The notes under the pieces are model-generated. The model saw only the letters and a program-made list of their open reading frames with translations, had not been told where the DNA came from and ran no database searches. From the NCBI GenBank assembly GCA_963693365.1, contig CAVNZM010000005.1:868001-932000 (forward strand): 64,000 nucleotides of DNA, given 5' to 3'. This document shows, one piece after another, positions 1 to 31,635 of this stretch. This DNA comes from Amoebidium appalachense. Its lineage: Eukaryota; Protista; Ichthyosporea. Both the position numbers and the translations under genes were made by a program. The first letter of the stretch is position 1. Every line of letters starts with the position of its first letter.

Positions 1-595
1 TCATGTGTGTGCATGTGTGTGCATGTGTGTGCAAGTGTGTTCATGTGTGTGCATGTGTGTTCATGTGTGTGCATGTGTGTTCATGTGTGTTCATGTGTGT
101 GCATGTGTGTTCATGTGTGTGCCCACGTGCATGTGTGCATGTGTGTTGCATACGCGTATGTGTTTGCATGTGTGTTGCATGCACACGTGTGTGTAAATTT
201 GTGTGCCTAAATGTGGATGCTCATTTGAGTGTGGATGGGTTCATATGTGAATGTGTGTGCATGCATGGGCGTGCGCGTGCACGTGTGCATGTGTGTGCAT
301 CAGTGTGCATGCGTGAGCATACATGTGCATGTGTGTGCACGGGTGCGCCTGGGTGTGCATGTCTGTGCATGTGAGTGCATGCCTATGCATGTGTATGCAT
401 GTGTGAATATGTGTGCATGCATGCATGCTGTGTGTGTGTATGTGCTGCGTGTGCAGGTATGCGCATGTCTGTGCATGCATTCATGCACATGTGCGTGTAT
501 ACATGCCTGTGTATGTGTGCATGTGTAAGCGCATTTGTGCACAGGTGTGTGCATAAATGTGTGCAAGTGTGCATGCATGTGCACGTGTGTGCTAC

Positions 596-7229
<6,634 letters not shown>

Positions 7230-8728
7230 CGTTTCGCTCACACGCGACCTTTTGCAGACCTCGCTTACTATGTTGTGCGTGTTAAATTGTGGTAGGTGTT
7301 GTGGCCTTTTGCCAATGGCACCCCCTATCTAGGATCTGTAGCCCCCTGCAGATGATCACTTAGATAACACCGTGTTTTTAGGATACTGAGCATTACAATA
7401 GACTACTGGCACGTAAACCTTACTACTAAACTCTAGCACTTATCACTTATTGTGGGGCCTCTTGCTTCTTGCGCTCATCCTACGACGTATGCCATGTCTG
7501 CACACGCCTCACATTGACTCAAATCAATCCGAGTTGGCCAAAGGACGGTCTAAATGGCATCAACCATAATTTATGCAAACGCACTGATATCAATGTATAG
7601 CACGTCTTGCTCACCACATATGTATACTGCATAGGTCTGAGAGAAAGCGTGTACACTTAGTTTTTTGCCCACGCATGCCTGTGGTGTTTTTTCTTTATTT
7701 TTATGTTTTTTCCACTTGATGCAGTTGCACGTACCGTACGCGGCGGTACGCCCGGGGTGGTCATCTTAGAAATCTTTAGTCCAAAGGATTCCACGTCTTC
7801 GATTGGATGAGCAATACGATTGGTTTCAATAAAATGTGAACGGGGGGGTGCCAACATTAAAAATGGACATTCACAAAGTTTATCATTCAGCCTCGACCCC
7901 GGTAAATTATTATGAAGCACAGTATGCTTGCTCTGCTTCCAAGAGCAGTCGACAACCAAATTATATTTAATGAGCTATATAACAATAAGAAACCGCTGGT
8001 ATGCCGCTTATGTCTTTAATATATTTTCAAGACTCCAAGTTCAGGGGTTTTAATAGGTAACCAACAGGAGTCCCCCACGAATGGGAATTACGTAATACTC
8101 AGGAATGTTGAGAAACAGCTTGAACTTACAAAGTTCGAACCAAGGTCTAAACGATGCACATTTTGGCTATCTTGCATCATGCAATGCATAAAGAACAGAT
8201 AGTCAAAATCATGTATTATTTATATGTGTATATACGCTCTCTATACTCTGTTCTAAACTACTAAATAGAGTCAGCCTAACTGTAATGCTACTATTTTTCA
8301 GTTACGGGCCCTTGTGGTACCGGTGGCAGTTATTATCTCTATAGCCTTGATTTGTGCACCCGCTTGCTTGGTAGTGTGAAGTTCCTTTTGCATCTCCCGT
8401 TACAGCTAGGCTACATTGTTTGGCTACTCTTCTCCTTGGAGGGTTACTCCTGTCGCCGCGCCCCCTAAGGTAGTTTTGCAGCCTTACATGTTCTGTATTG
8501 CTCTTTTGAAACCTCGTGTGCTGCTCCAGTGAGAGAGTTTTGGCCGAGGGCTCTGTCCCTCGAGTAGTTACAGATGGCTTCCTTGCAGTTAACGTTTGTA
8601 GCCTAGACATCTTCGTGGCTTTAATGGAGCAATCTAGCCATGCCCCAAGCTTCTCATTTTGTACCCTGCCATCGATGCTAATTACATGTTAACGTACGCA
8701 TTTACTCAAATTTCTGTGTGTTAACGTA

Positions 8729-8935
8729 CGCGTTTCACTCAATGATTTCTGTGACTCGATTCGTCTTAGGTCACCTTTATTGAGGGTTTTTTTGTTGTGG
8801 CAGCCGAGATATCAACTTATCGTTTTCACTCCTGCCGCGTTTCACTCAATGATTTCTGTGACTCGATTCGTCTTAGGTCACCTTTATTGAGGGTTTTTTT
8901 GTTGTGGCAGCCGAGATATCAACTTATCGTTTTCA
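8729..8935. repeat. ~107-bp direct tandem duplication in an AT-rich, TE-like intergenic block
   Basis: GCGTTTCACTCAATGATTTCTGTGACTCG...CTTATCGTTTTCA occurs at ~8729-8828 and ~8836-8935. Confidence 0.85.
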
Positions 8936-10319
8936 GTGTTTATTTGTATTTTTATACCTTTGGGTGTCGACGACGTCCGTATTCCAGTGAGCCTGCTTCT
9001 CATTTGAGTGACTCGAAAATCGTCTCTCGAGATATCTGGGATATCTCTTTTTCTTGTCCTTCGAACATATGAGCACATCAATAAAGTCATTATAAATAAA
9101 AAATATTTTTCACCATGTCACCTTCTCAAGTTCTCGGGAGACACCCGGGCTCACAATGTCTCCCTAGAGTATGTTTGTTTGTTTTTGACGAGCCCCGAAA
9201 ACCTCTGAGAGATCTGGCGTTGCAAGTTGGCAACTTTCAACGCTATAGAACAGAACTGTCCTTCACTTGAGAGGTTGTCAGGGCTTGGTTGGTAATATAA
9301 CAAGACGAGGTCTGCCTGCGGCTTGGATACGAATTGAAGGTACGGTCTCTTGGCTGGTGCTGCTGGTACCCTCCTCCCTCCCTCCCTCCCTCTCTCCCTC
9401 CCTCCTCTCTCTTAAGCTCTCTCTCCCCCCCTTTCCCTCCCTTTCTCCCTCCCTCTCCCTCCCTCACCTCCCCTCCCTCCCTTACTCCCTCCGTACCTCT
9501 CTCCCTCCCTCGCTCTCTCTCTAGCTCTCTCTTCCCCTCCCTCCCTCCCTCTCTCCCTCTCTCCCTCCCCCTCCCTCTCCTCCCCTCCCTACACCCCCTC
9601 TCTCTCTCCCTTGCTCCCTCTCAAGCCCTCTCTCTCCCTCCCTCTCTCCCTCTCTCCCTCTCCCTCCCTCTCCTGCCCTCCCTTACTCCCTCTCTCTCTC
9701 TCCCTTGCTCCCTCTCAAGCCCTCTCCCTCCCTCCCTCCCTCCCTCCCTCCCTCCCTTCCTCTCACTCCCTCTCCCTCCCTCTCTCACTCCTTCCCTCCC
9801 TTCTTCCCTTTCTCTTCCTCTCTCTCGTTCCCTCACCTCCTCCCTCTCTCGGTCCCTCCCTTCCTCCTTCCTCTCAGAGACTCTTATCTCCCTCCCTCCC
9901 TCCTTCCCTCCCTTCAACCCGCCTGCCCTCCCTCCCTCCCTCCTTCCCTCCCTCTCTCCCTCCCTTCCTCCCTGCCTCCCTCCCTCCCTCGCCCTCTCCC
10001 TCCCTCCCACTTTCCTGCTGCCTCCTCTTTCGCTCTTGCCCTTCTCCCCCTCCTTTTCTCTCCATCCATGTCGAACTCCTATTGCTTTTGCTTAAGAGTT
10101 CCCTCGCCAGAGCTTTGCTCCCTTGGCATTGCCTCTGCCCTGGTCCTATCACAGTATCGTCTCCAGTATAAGGGCTGGTATGACCATTGTTACTTGGCCC
10201 CTTTGTTTTTACCTGCAAGCTAACGCCAAGCCCTCTCTTTTGGTTCCTGATAATACCCCCTGCAGCGACTACTGAGTTCTTGCCGTGTTTGCTCTTTCTC
10301 TCACATCCCTCTCTCTCTC

Positions 10320-10371
<52 letters not shown>

Positions 10372-10435
10372 ATATATATATATATATATATATCTTTCTC
10401 TCTCTCTCTCTCTCGCTCTCGCTCTCGCTCTCTCT

Positions 10436-10467
<32 letters not shown>

Positions 10468-10480
10468 CGCTCTCTCTCTC

Positions 10481-10514
<34 letters not shown>

Positions 10515-11086
10515 CCCCCCTCTCTCTCTCTCACGTCTCTCTCTCTCCCCCCCCCCCCCCCCTCTCCCTCCCTCCCTCCCTCCCTCTCTCTCTCTCCCCC
10601 TCTCTCTCTCCCCCTTTCTCCCTCCCTTCCCCCCCCCCCTCCCTCCCTCACTCCCCCCCACCCTCCCACCCACCCTCCCACCCACCCACCTACCCACCCT
10701 CCCTCCTCCCCCCCTCCCCCTCCCCCCCCCCTTCCCTCCCTCCCTCCCTCCCTCCCTTCTCCCTCCCTCCCCCTCCCCCCTCCCCTCTCTGTGTGTCCGT
10801 CTCTCTCCCCTTTCTCCCCTTCCCCTCTCTCGCACCCCCTCTCTCCCCCCCCCCCCCCCCCCCCCCCCCCCCCTTCCCCCCCCCCCCCCCCCCCCCCTTA
10901 TCCTTCGTACCTCCCTCCCTCCTGCCCTCCCATGCTTTTCTATCTCTCTCTCTCCATCCCTCCCTCCCCCCTCTCCCTGCTACCCCTTTCCCCTTTCCTC
11001 CCTCCCCTTTCCCCCCTGCCTTCCCCCTCCCCCTTCACTCTCTCTCTCTTCCTCCCTCCCTCCCTCGCTTTCCTCCCCTCCCCCCC

Positions 11087-11121
<35 letters not shown>

Positions 11122-11807
11122 ACCCCCTCTCTCTCTCTCATTGGCTCACGCTTTCCAAGTCCCTTGTTCCGGCTTCCCGTCTCATGCCCTTCTGCCTGTA
11201 ACACCATTATCCTTCCTCTTCCACCGCCCTCCATTCTTTCCCTACTCTTTTTTCTATTTTCAACCGACACCTCATCACCCCCTGCTGTTTATGCCTTCTC
11301 ATTGGAGACTCTTGTGGTATTACACTTATGCCTTCTCATTGGAGACTCTTGTGGTATTACACTTTCCCCCTCCCTCCAGCATATCTTTGCCTCGCCCCCC
11401 TCCTCGCCTTTGCCTCATACTTTAAACCTTGCGCTTGCCCCAAGGCCTTCCATATATTAACATGTGACCGGCATGGCACCTGACTGTGCCCCGATACTCG
11501 AACTTCCCCACACAACCTCCCCCCCTCCCCGCCCTTCCTCCCAGATTTTTGAGAATTAACCAACAGAACTTCACATAGACCGACACACAAACACACATCT
11601 GAATTTCTCCCCTCTCCCTCACACCAGCACATTCCGTTCTTCTTGGTTGTGGCAAACAAACGGTCAGGAGAAGGGGGAAGGGTGGAAGGATGTGAAGGAT
11701 TGGAGGTGATTCTAGAGGATTGGTAGGCAAGAACAACACACACATTTACCCGCCTATCTTTGCCACTTCATGCACGTGCCCCATGCAGGTCTATTTAAAG
11801 CACTACA

Positions 11808-18563
<6,756 letters not shown>

Positions 18564-19941
18564 TTCCACTAGGGCTGCGGCACCAACAAACAAAATTCGG
18601 CCGCTTGATGCCGGTGTACATGTGCTAGTTGCCAGGGCACAGGCATATGCTCTGAATATTCGTTGCAACAACCTCCCCCACACATTCACATCTGGTTGGT
18701 TTTAGAGAATGTGTGGGCTAATATTAATTTATTATTAGTGACCTAACATGTACACTCGCTGGAAATTAGCTTAACCATAGGACACCCGTCCTTGTCGCTC
18801 TTCTGTACCTATGCTCAACATGTACAAACCTGATCGATAATCTGCTCTGACCGCTTGTGGAGTTCATACCAGTTGGTGGTATGAAATACCTGCGTGCACA
18901 CATCATGCATGCGCACGTCCAAATAAAGCCAAACCAAAGCCGATTAATATTTTGGCCGCCGTTTGCAGCGTATATATCAACCGAGGCCTGCACGCGCACC
19001 CTGTGATCGTCTGACTCTTCAGCAAGCTAACGGCAGTCAAACTTCCAGTGCCAGCAAGGCTAACATTATGACACTGCTGCAGCATGCAGTCCGACAGTGC
19101 ACATGCGAACAGTCCCCCTACCCAACCCATACCCACCACACGCACGAGTATGCATTTTGTATCCTCACACAAGAACCTCATGCCTACACCCCAGGGTAGT
19201 AATAGAGGCCCCTGTCTCACATGACATTGACACCACATAAAATTGTTTTGTTTTTTATTTTTTCAGCGTAAGCGTGCGGGCGCGGGCGCATCCGGTGCAC
19301 CCAAACATCTCCGTTTTCGTGCTACTGCCGCAACTGTGTAGTGTGTTGTATCTTGTGTGTTACCACCCGTTGTTATATCTATACCAACCCGTCACTCATT
19401 ATATCATCCAACCGCCAACAACCCGTCACTCATTATATCATCCAACCGCCAACAAATGACAAAGGAGAGAACATGGTCTGTGTAAGAATATTCACTGTGT
19501 GATATTGGTGTGGCTCAACCGCACCATACACCCGACCCTTCAATTCTTCCTGTGTTTAAGCTTTTTTCCTGCTCGTTTCTTTTGTGTGTCGCACAACTAG
19601 CCATACTTCAGTCAACCAACAACCTTTGTCTTTATCCAGCCCACCGTGCAAATCCGGAGCCGTCATAATGCAACAAATAGCACCAGTCGTATCCCCTTGA
19701 CGAAACAGTCACCCTCCTGCGTAAAAATTCTGCTTCAGTGAAAGTTCAGGCCCCTGCCCCAAGGGGATACACGACACGTCTTTCTTTAAATAACACATGC
19801 ACATCTCCACAGACACACAACATGCATATAGACACCCCTGCACTGTGTGCACTTACGTACAACGACCCATAAAGAAAAGCAGAGTACGATCGTGGGTTTC
19901 TCGTTCCCTGTTTATTCCCCCCCCCCCCCCCCCCCCTCCCA

Positions 19942-19984
<43 letters not shown>

Positions 19985-20687
19985 CACAAACAACCCCCCC
20001 TACACCCACCCATCCACCCACTCACCCACCCACCCACCCAACCAACAAGCAAAAAAAATAAAAACCACCCTCAGAGTTTACTTCTTCCACAAAACAAGGA
20101 ACACTCCACAGCCATCCATGTTGCAACAGAAATGTGCAACACAATTGCACACACAACTGCAGCCAAGCATTACCAGCTGCCACCAGGCAGCTAGAGGGGA
20201 AGGAGACGAGGTGCCTGCTACATGCAGCATAGCACTCTTGAGAGACAAACGACCATGCAACATGCTGTGGGAGGACCCCAAAAGGGGGGGGGGGGGGGGG
20301 GGGGGGGGGGGCTGTGTCTGCAGCCTCCGTCTGTGTGGGTTGATGTGTGGCCAATGCGAACGCGGGTGTACTTGGGTGTATGCATGTGTGTGTGCACGCT
20401 TGCGTCCGTGCATCTGTGTGTGTATGTCCGTGTGTGGCTATGTGGGTTTCTGTGCAAAGCGTGTGCCTGCATCTATGGGTTTGCGCGTGTGCTTGTGTGT
20501 GCGTGTCTGCATGTGCTTGTGCATGTACGTATGCACTGTATGTGTGTGCGTGTACGTGTGCACTTGCGCAGGTGTGTGTGTGTGTGTGTACGCGGGCATG
20601 CGCGCGTGTCGTCTGCATGTGTGTGTGCCTGTACATGTGTGCTTGCGTGCGTGTGTGCATGGATGTGTGCGTGCGGGCGCGTGTATG

Positions 20688-20719
<32 letters not shown>

Positions 20720-20750
20720 CTGTTTGTGTCCTATGGGAGCATACTCACGG

Positions 20751-21225
20751 TTACTGCTGCTTGCCCATGCGCATGTTCTGGAAGTTAGCCATGGCCTCCT
20801 GGAACCCTGACGGTGATGCCGGTGTGTTGGCCGGCGTGAAGGCCTGCACGGTATAATCAGTAACAGCTCTTAGGCGTGAAAGAAAGGGCAAAGAGAGAGG
20901 GAAACACAGAGAACCCGAACAAAAAAAAGGGGGGAGGGGGGGATGCAATACTCGGTTCGTTCGTAAGCACAATCACACGATGAGAAAAAACAATATGCAA
21001 AGCACATGCGAAAGCAAACAAGCAATCAACACCAGCAAAGGGCAGTATGCAACGTAGGCAGAACCCGTCCTTAGGGAGAAGGGGCAGGCAGGCGGCCACC
21101 AAGGGGCGGGGGGAGGGGGGGGAAGGAGGGCGGCACATATGATATATGGAGAACAAAGCAAGGCGACAGAGCATAACCATAAAAAGAGAGGCACATAAGC
21201 AGAGCATAGAGCCCATCATAAGCGT

Positions 21226-21298
<73 letters not shown>

Positions 21299-22962
21299 GT
21301 GGGGGCACGTGCACTTCATGCAGGTTCGAGTGTGTCCGCACGTGCGTGTGGATACATGCATTTGAGCATGTGCATGTGCACGAATAGGAAAAGTGAGGAT
21401 ATATTTCCGGGGAGGGGGGGGGGGGGGGGGGGGGGGGTTACAGAGCACGAGGCACGCATTCACGGCGGACAACAAAACATCAGACTAATCAACGCACACA
21501 CAGAGTATGGATCATAGAAGGGAGGGGGGTCTTAAGCAAGCACTGGCAGTTAGCGTTGCAAATAAACCATGACTCACACCATCACACCCATGAACCGCCA
21601 TACGGCCCAACACTTCCAACCACATTACTACCCCGCAAACATACACACCTACCCACTGGCCAGAGGAATTGCAGGAACACACACACGCACACACACATAC
21701 AGAAAGATTTGAACACATGCCACCGCAGGCACGCGTGCATGTGCGCGTGCATGCACTCACACACCTAGGCACACAAGCATTTCAGAAGGTATGCCTAATG
21801 ATGAATGAGTCCTTACGTTGTGATATTTGTTTGCCGTCAGCAGTCCATTAGTGTGTTTGGGCGTAACCACACACACGTGTGTGTGTGTGTGTGTGTATGT
21901 GTGTGTGTGTGTGTACGTACGGTGTGTGTATGCGTTGGGCCCAAATGCACCCAAACCCTCAGTAACTCAAGTTACATGAGCGCCCAGAAACACGTGTTTG
22001 CAGGGTCCATGCAGAATTTGTGTGTTTGCTTGTGCCTTGGTCATACTGCTTGTTTGTGCCCGTGCGTGCTTGCTTCTGGGAAGGGAAAGAGTGGGGTGTA
22101 CGACCCAACACGACGCATGCAGAGCAGGTTCAATCTACCTGTTTCTGAACGTTCATGTTTCACAGGATGAGGCCCTTGGGGTAGGAGATAGAAGGGGGGG
22201 GGGGGGGGGGTTACCGGGACTCTGGGTCTGAGGGTGTTTGCCTCTGGTACGTGCTGGCCGTAGAACTTACTGACAGCAATCTGGAGTAGAAAGGGTGTGA
22301 GTCCATGTGCCTGGTGCTGTGTGTAACCATGCAAAAAAAAAGAAAATGGTTGTCCTTACGACATGCTCCTAGCCCATGACTTTAGAACAACCATCGATCG
22401 GACAGCAATGGTGGCCGTTTAGAAAGCATTAGGGAAAAGACACAGGCCGATGTGTCACAATTTCAATTGAACGTTGCATACAGATAAGCACATACTCGCT
22501 TGCCTGTGTGCTCTATTTTGGGTGACAGCCAAAAGTGTCTTGCTACGTTCAGTGCATGTTGTTGCGTGCCCAAAGAGCCCGGTGCCACACCCACCAACTA
22601 CGCAAAACGGAACCAAGCAACAACCAACTACTGGTGTTGAACTAGAAAAAGTTGTAGAAGTGCGCGACTCAAACGGCGGTGGAGTTCAAGAGACCCTTAC
22701 AGAGTACAAAGTACACCATTCAAAAAGCACAGCACCACACAAGCATAGCCAAGCATGTCCAACAAATATGGCAGCACAATCAGAACAAGCCTCCGAGGGG
22801 AGGGGACGCCGGGGTGGGGGGGGGGGGGGGGGGGGGGGGGGGGAGGGATCCCACGTCTAGTTGCCAGTTTGCAGCGGTCAGGAACTTCGTGGCCTCGTCT
22901 GTCTGGCAGCCAGTCGTGTGCATAAACTGGTTCAAAGCAGTCTGCCGCCTCAGCTCCTCCAT
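20751..22962 (-). CDS. UBALD: UBA-like domain-containing protein (UBALD1/2, FAM100 family), ~88 aa, 3 exons
   Basis: Exons 22855-22962 (MEELRRQTALNQFMHTTGCQTDEATKFLTAANWQLD), 22215-22280 (IAVSKFY...) and 20751-20843 (AFTPANTPASPSGFQEAMANFQNMR), all phase 0. Matches the animal UBALD pattern as I recall it: MDELRHQVMINQF...HWQFETALSTFF...TPANTPATPPNFPDALAMF. Confidence 0.85.
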
Positions 22963-23096
22963 CTTGCCGGTCTCCAGTTTCACCACACAGCAACGCACAC
23001 CAACTGGCGTGCTGAAGTGGGTGCAGGTCAGGTCGGGAACAAGCAACGTGGAAATAGGAAGGGGTGAAGAGAGAGGACAGTGCTGTGTACGTGTGG

Positions 23097-23141
<45 letters not shown>

Positions 23142-25039
23142 TGTGTGTGCTGGTCTGTGTGTGTGACCCTGTTTGTGCATGTTTTGTGTGTCCCCATCCA
23201 CGCCCACGTGTACACTTGCATTTATCCATTAGTGTGCATTTGTGTACAAGAGCATATGTATGCATGATGTGTGTCCGTGTTCAGACGTGACCGCCCGTGC
23301 GCACAGTGCGTTAATTTAGAAGCGTCTCATTTTATCTCTAGGGAGTCTGTGTGTACCACCTCTGGGGTTAAGCGAGGAAGGGAGAGGGAGGGGGTTGGGA
23401 AGATGGGAGGGTGGGGGAGAGCAGGATTCCTTTTATCCTGCCTCTATGTGTGCGCGTAAGAAAGTCGTATGTGTGGGCACAAAGCAAAGCATGCACACCA
23501 AGTGCTTATGCCTCTCCTATACCTTCACAGAAGCCAACCACAACAAGGGAAAGATGAGAGTGAAGCAAAGCCTCTGCACACTCGAATCCACACAAAGCTA
23601 CATGATCGCCCGATTTAAAGAACAATCGTATGTGTAGGCCCCTTTTCTCGAAAAACGTGGAGTGTGTTGAGCCTTTGTAAAAACTCGAACCGTGCAAACA
23701 AACGGGAGGGGGAAAGAATGCTGGCGTATTGAAACACCAGGTTGTGGTATAGGGTGTGCGCACAATTGCAAAGAGGTGTCAAGCTCGAGAAGCTAAACTG
23801 CACATGTATATATATTAGTGTTTTAGCACATATTCGTTAAACAAAGCACTCTTATTTAGCCGAGCTTGCGGGCACTGTCCAGAGCAAACGAATAACGAAA
23901 AGCGCAATGAGTAGTAATTTAGTAGAGTGAGTGCTACGTCAGCACAACGTACCCTCCACCATTAAGCTAGCAGCGCAATTTACAGCAGCAACAAGCGGCG
24001 TAAGCTGCCGTCACAGCTAGATTCTCTTCCATCATCACATATCCACTCGCACGTTATGGACTCCCGAATCCATGTACATGTGTACACTAACATCAGTACG
24101 AAACCTCTACTACACCAGTACAAAGGCGTAGGTTAGTGGACAAAACAACTAAATAGGGGCACCCAGAAACAGAAACAAACTGAGGACTTACCTTTGAAAG
24201 GCTTGGAGGAGTCAACAACACGCTTGGGTGTACTCTTGACAGTGAATGACAAACCCCAAATAAGGACTCGGATGATTTTCCTTGGATAATCCGACTTATA
24301 AAACCCGTTGAAAGCAGAAAGAGCCTCGAGACTAAACCTATAAGCTATACTCTTGAGTGTCAAGAAGTCGCTTTGCTTGTTTATCCTTTTACAGTTCTAG
24401 ACGCAAAGGCTAAAGCGTGGCGTGTACATAGACTTGAGGTAACAAGAAATGCAAGGAGTCCTCGGCTGGGGAATCCGTGAAGCCTTACAACGGGACACTC
24501 GAACAAGTGTTTTACTTCGCTCTACACTCCTTTCGTGTAAAGCGATCAAAGATAAAATGTACTTCATTGCAGATAGTTTTTCAAGAAGCATACATAACTT
24601 GATGGGACATAATGGATGGATAATTTGGTGCCTGGATGCATTCATGGACTTAAGACACAAGATAAATACTTTGAGAGGGTTGGTTCTATTTATGGAATTT
24701 ATTATTAACAATAATCATGAGTAACTTCGTGCTGCTGTTACTGTATAGTTCTATAACCTTCTGAGTATGAAAATGATCATCGGGTCTGCTTTGTGATACT
24801 CACTAGATATACCCAAATATCCTATGCTCTTTACCGGATTGAGACTGGCTCGCCCCACGTACACGGATGTCCACTCGCGCACAACATGTTGCTTACATAT
24901 CTTTATCAACTAAATAAATTATTAAAGAGAAAATACCCAAAACTATCATATATATTGTTTTTTTTCTTGTTGATAGGCCCGAATAATACTTCTGCTCAGT
25001 AATGAGATTGTCATTCTTTCGTGTGATCATCGCGCCTCG

Positions 25040-25134
25040 ATGACGCAAGACTCTGAGCCGCGTGTTTTGATTGGCCAACAATCACATACGTCACAGCACA
25101 TGCATGATGCACATTCTTGGCGGGACAATTGAAA
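25040..25134 (+). promoter_or_regulatory. Putative core promoter with CCAAT box, CRE half-sites and an E2F + CHR-like tandem site
   Basis: TGACG at ~25041, GATTGG at ~25069, and TTGGCGGG-ACAA-TTGAAA at 25117-25134. Confidence 0.35.
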
Positions 25135-25135
25135 C

Positions 25136-29150
<4,015 letters not shown>

Positions 29151-29382
29151 TCACGCTCAACTCGGGATTGCATAACATATGGCTGCATTTTACCGCCCTA
29201 TTCTTACCCCTGCTTACATGAGTATAGCACAGACAAACACGACCCCTTGTATCCAAGTACATCATGATCACCCCCTTCCATACACATGTGCGCGCGCACA
29301 CACACACACACATACACACACACACACTACACTCACACCCACCCATACCCACACCACCACGAGCACCACCTACCAGTCACTG

Positions 29383-29935
29383 CTATGCCGCCGCATCCTC
29401 ACCCCCCTCCATATCGTAGCTCTCCGTTCCTTCCTGCCCCCCCCTCCGTGTATCCCGCTCCCTCTGTCCCTTCTGCAACCTCTTCCGCATACACCTTTCC
29501 CTCCCCCTCCCCCACCACTCCCTCTTCATACACAGCCTCCCCCTCTCCTTCCCCTCCCTCCTCCCCTTCATACCCAACCTCCCCCTCCCCCTCTACCGCC
29601 ACCACCTCCCCGCCCACATCGTCCTCAAAATATTCCAACTCTTCCTCCTGCCCTGTCCCCTCTCCTGTCGCCGCCACCCCCTCGCCCCCCTCTCCCTCAC
29701 CGACCCCCTCCCCCTCTCCCCCTTCATACTGCACGTGCTCTTCTTCCTCCACATATTCCACCTCCTCCTCCCCTGCCGCCCACTGCTCTTGTCCCTCCTC
29801 CCCCTCCACCACATCTCCTACTGCTACGTCCTCTGTGACCTCCTCGGCATAGTATGGCTCCTGGACACATGAGGGGTCAGAAAGAAGACAAAACAAACAG
29901 GAAGTTGGTGGGCTGAATGGTGGCGGTTTTTTTTT

Positions 29936-29966
<31 letters not shown>

Positions 29967-30258
29967 GTTTCAAGAAGATGTTGCAGAGTGCGGAGGGGAC
30001 GCTCCTGACTGACAACACAATCCACGTAAAGAGTGTGCATCATACTCAGAGCCCATCCTCGGGTAAACTTCTGCACTATCCGCCTTCCAATCCCCATTAC
30101 ATCCATAATCAGACACCCACACAGACACGTGCACACACACATGAGGACGGGTACCCACACATCCACCCCAACCTCACATCCTCACACACAGCGACAATAT
30201 ACCTACCTACCCACCTTCCTCCCCCCCCCCCCCACAAAAAAAAAAGGAGAACAAACCC

Positions 30259-30309
<51 letters not shown>

Positions 30310-31131
30310 CCTCTCCCTGCACGTCTTCTGCCTCCATGACGTCTTTTTCGCCACCGGCCTGCCCCTGCACCCCATCCCGTCAGACACACACCAACCAAAA
30401 AACCAACCAACCAACCACGCATGCATGCATCCACCCCACTCCCCCAACACACACGTGTACCTGCAGCCTCCTCGCATGCAGATATTGCTTCCCTCACCTA
30501 TCCCCCCCCCCCCCCCCCTCCCCCCTTCCCCCCAACAACTTATGGAATGGGAATGACAACTGACAGAAGAAATGGGGGAGTTTCCAATTCGGAGAAGGTT
30601 GGTGGGGTGGAGAGTGTGTGTAGTGTGTGTATGTGTTGTGTGTGCATGTGCGTGCGCACGTGCGTCTATATGTGTGTCAGAGCGCGAGCTCTGTATGTAT
30701 GTGTGTGTGCGCGCGCGTGTGTGTGCTTGGGGGTTTACAGACACACACACCAGATAGTACTTGAGGGGGTCCTCCCACACATTGAACAGTGCATCGAGCA
30801 CCCCATCATCCCCCTCTGCCTGTGCAAACCACTCAAGCGCACTGTCTGACTCCCGCATGCGCTTGCGCCCCTCAGCATCCACCTCGTGACCCTGCACACA
30901 CCATCATCAGTTTCCCACCACACCGCCTTGCACACTTTCCGGTTTTGCCCGTTCATGCGTGTCTCAGAGAGACACCCCACCAAGCAACATGCACGTCTAG
31001 ACTGTGCAACTCATGTAACCGCCCCTGCATACGCACCCATGCACCCGTTCTTGATACCCCCTGCATACGCACCCATGCACCCGTTCTTGATACAGGGGAT
31101 GTGAGCTCCGTGCATGCAGGAGTAGTAGGGG

Positions 31132-31192
<61 letters not shown>

Positions 31193-31490
31193 TGGGAGGG
31201 GGGGGGGGGATGCGGAATGTGGGGTGGTGCTATGCACGTTAGAAAGCACATATTCCCCACATAGACAACACACAGAGAGCCCGCCTCCAGGCAGTAGGGG
31301 GCCAAAACATCCACACAAACCTCGTGACTGAATCCGAAATCACATTGATTTTCTTCTTCCTCTTCTTCTTCTTCTTTTCTTTTTTTGTGTGTGTGTGTGT
31401 ATGGGGGGGGGAGGGGGGGGGGGGGAGGGGGGAAGGGGGGGGGCATACAGTCCAAGCTAGAAAGTTACTCCGCGGGGGGAGGGTGTGTGT

Positions 31491-31543
<53 letters not shown>

Positions 31544-31601
31544 TACCGTCCAAGCTACAAAGTTACTCCCAGAAAAACAATTCATTCAGGGGGAAAAAAG
31601 T

Positions 31602-31635
<34 letters not shown>

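Noticed and set aside
1-590. Cys/Val/His-rich ORFs here and throughout (CVCV, HTHT, poly-P, poly-G, ERER)
   Set aside because: These are translations of intronic (GT)n, (CA)n, (CT)n and homopolymer tracts, open in several frames, with no protein signal.
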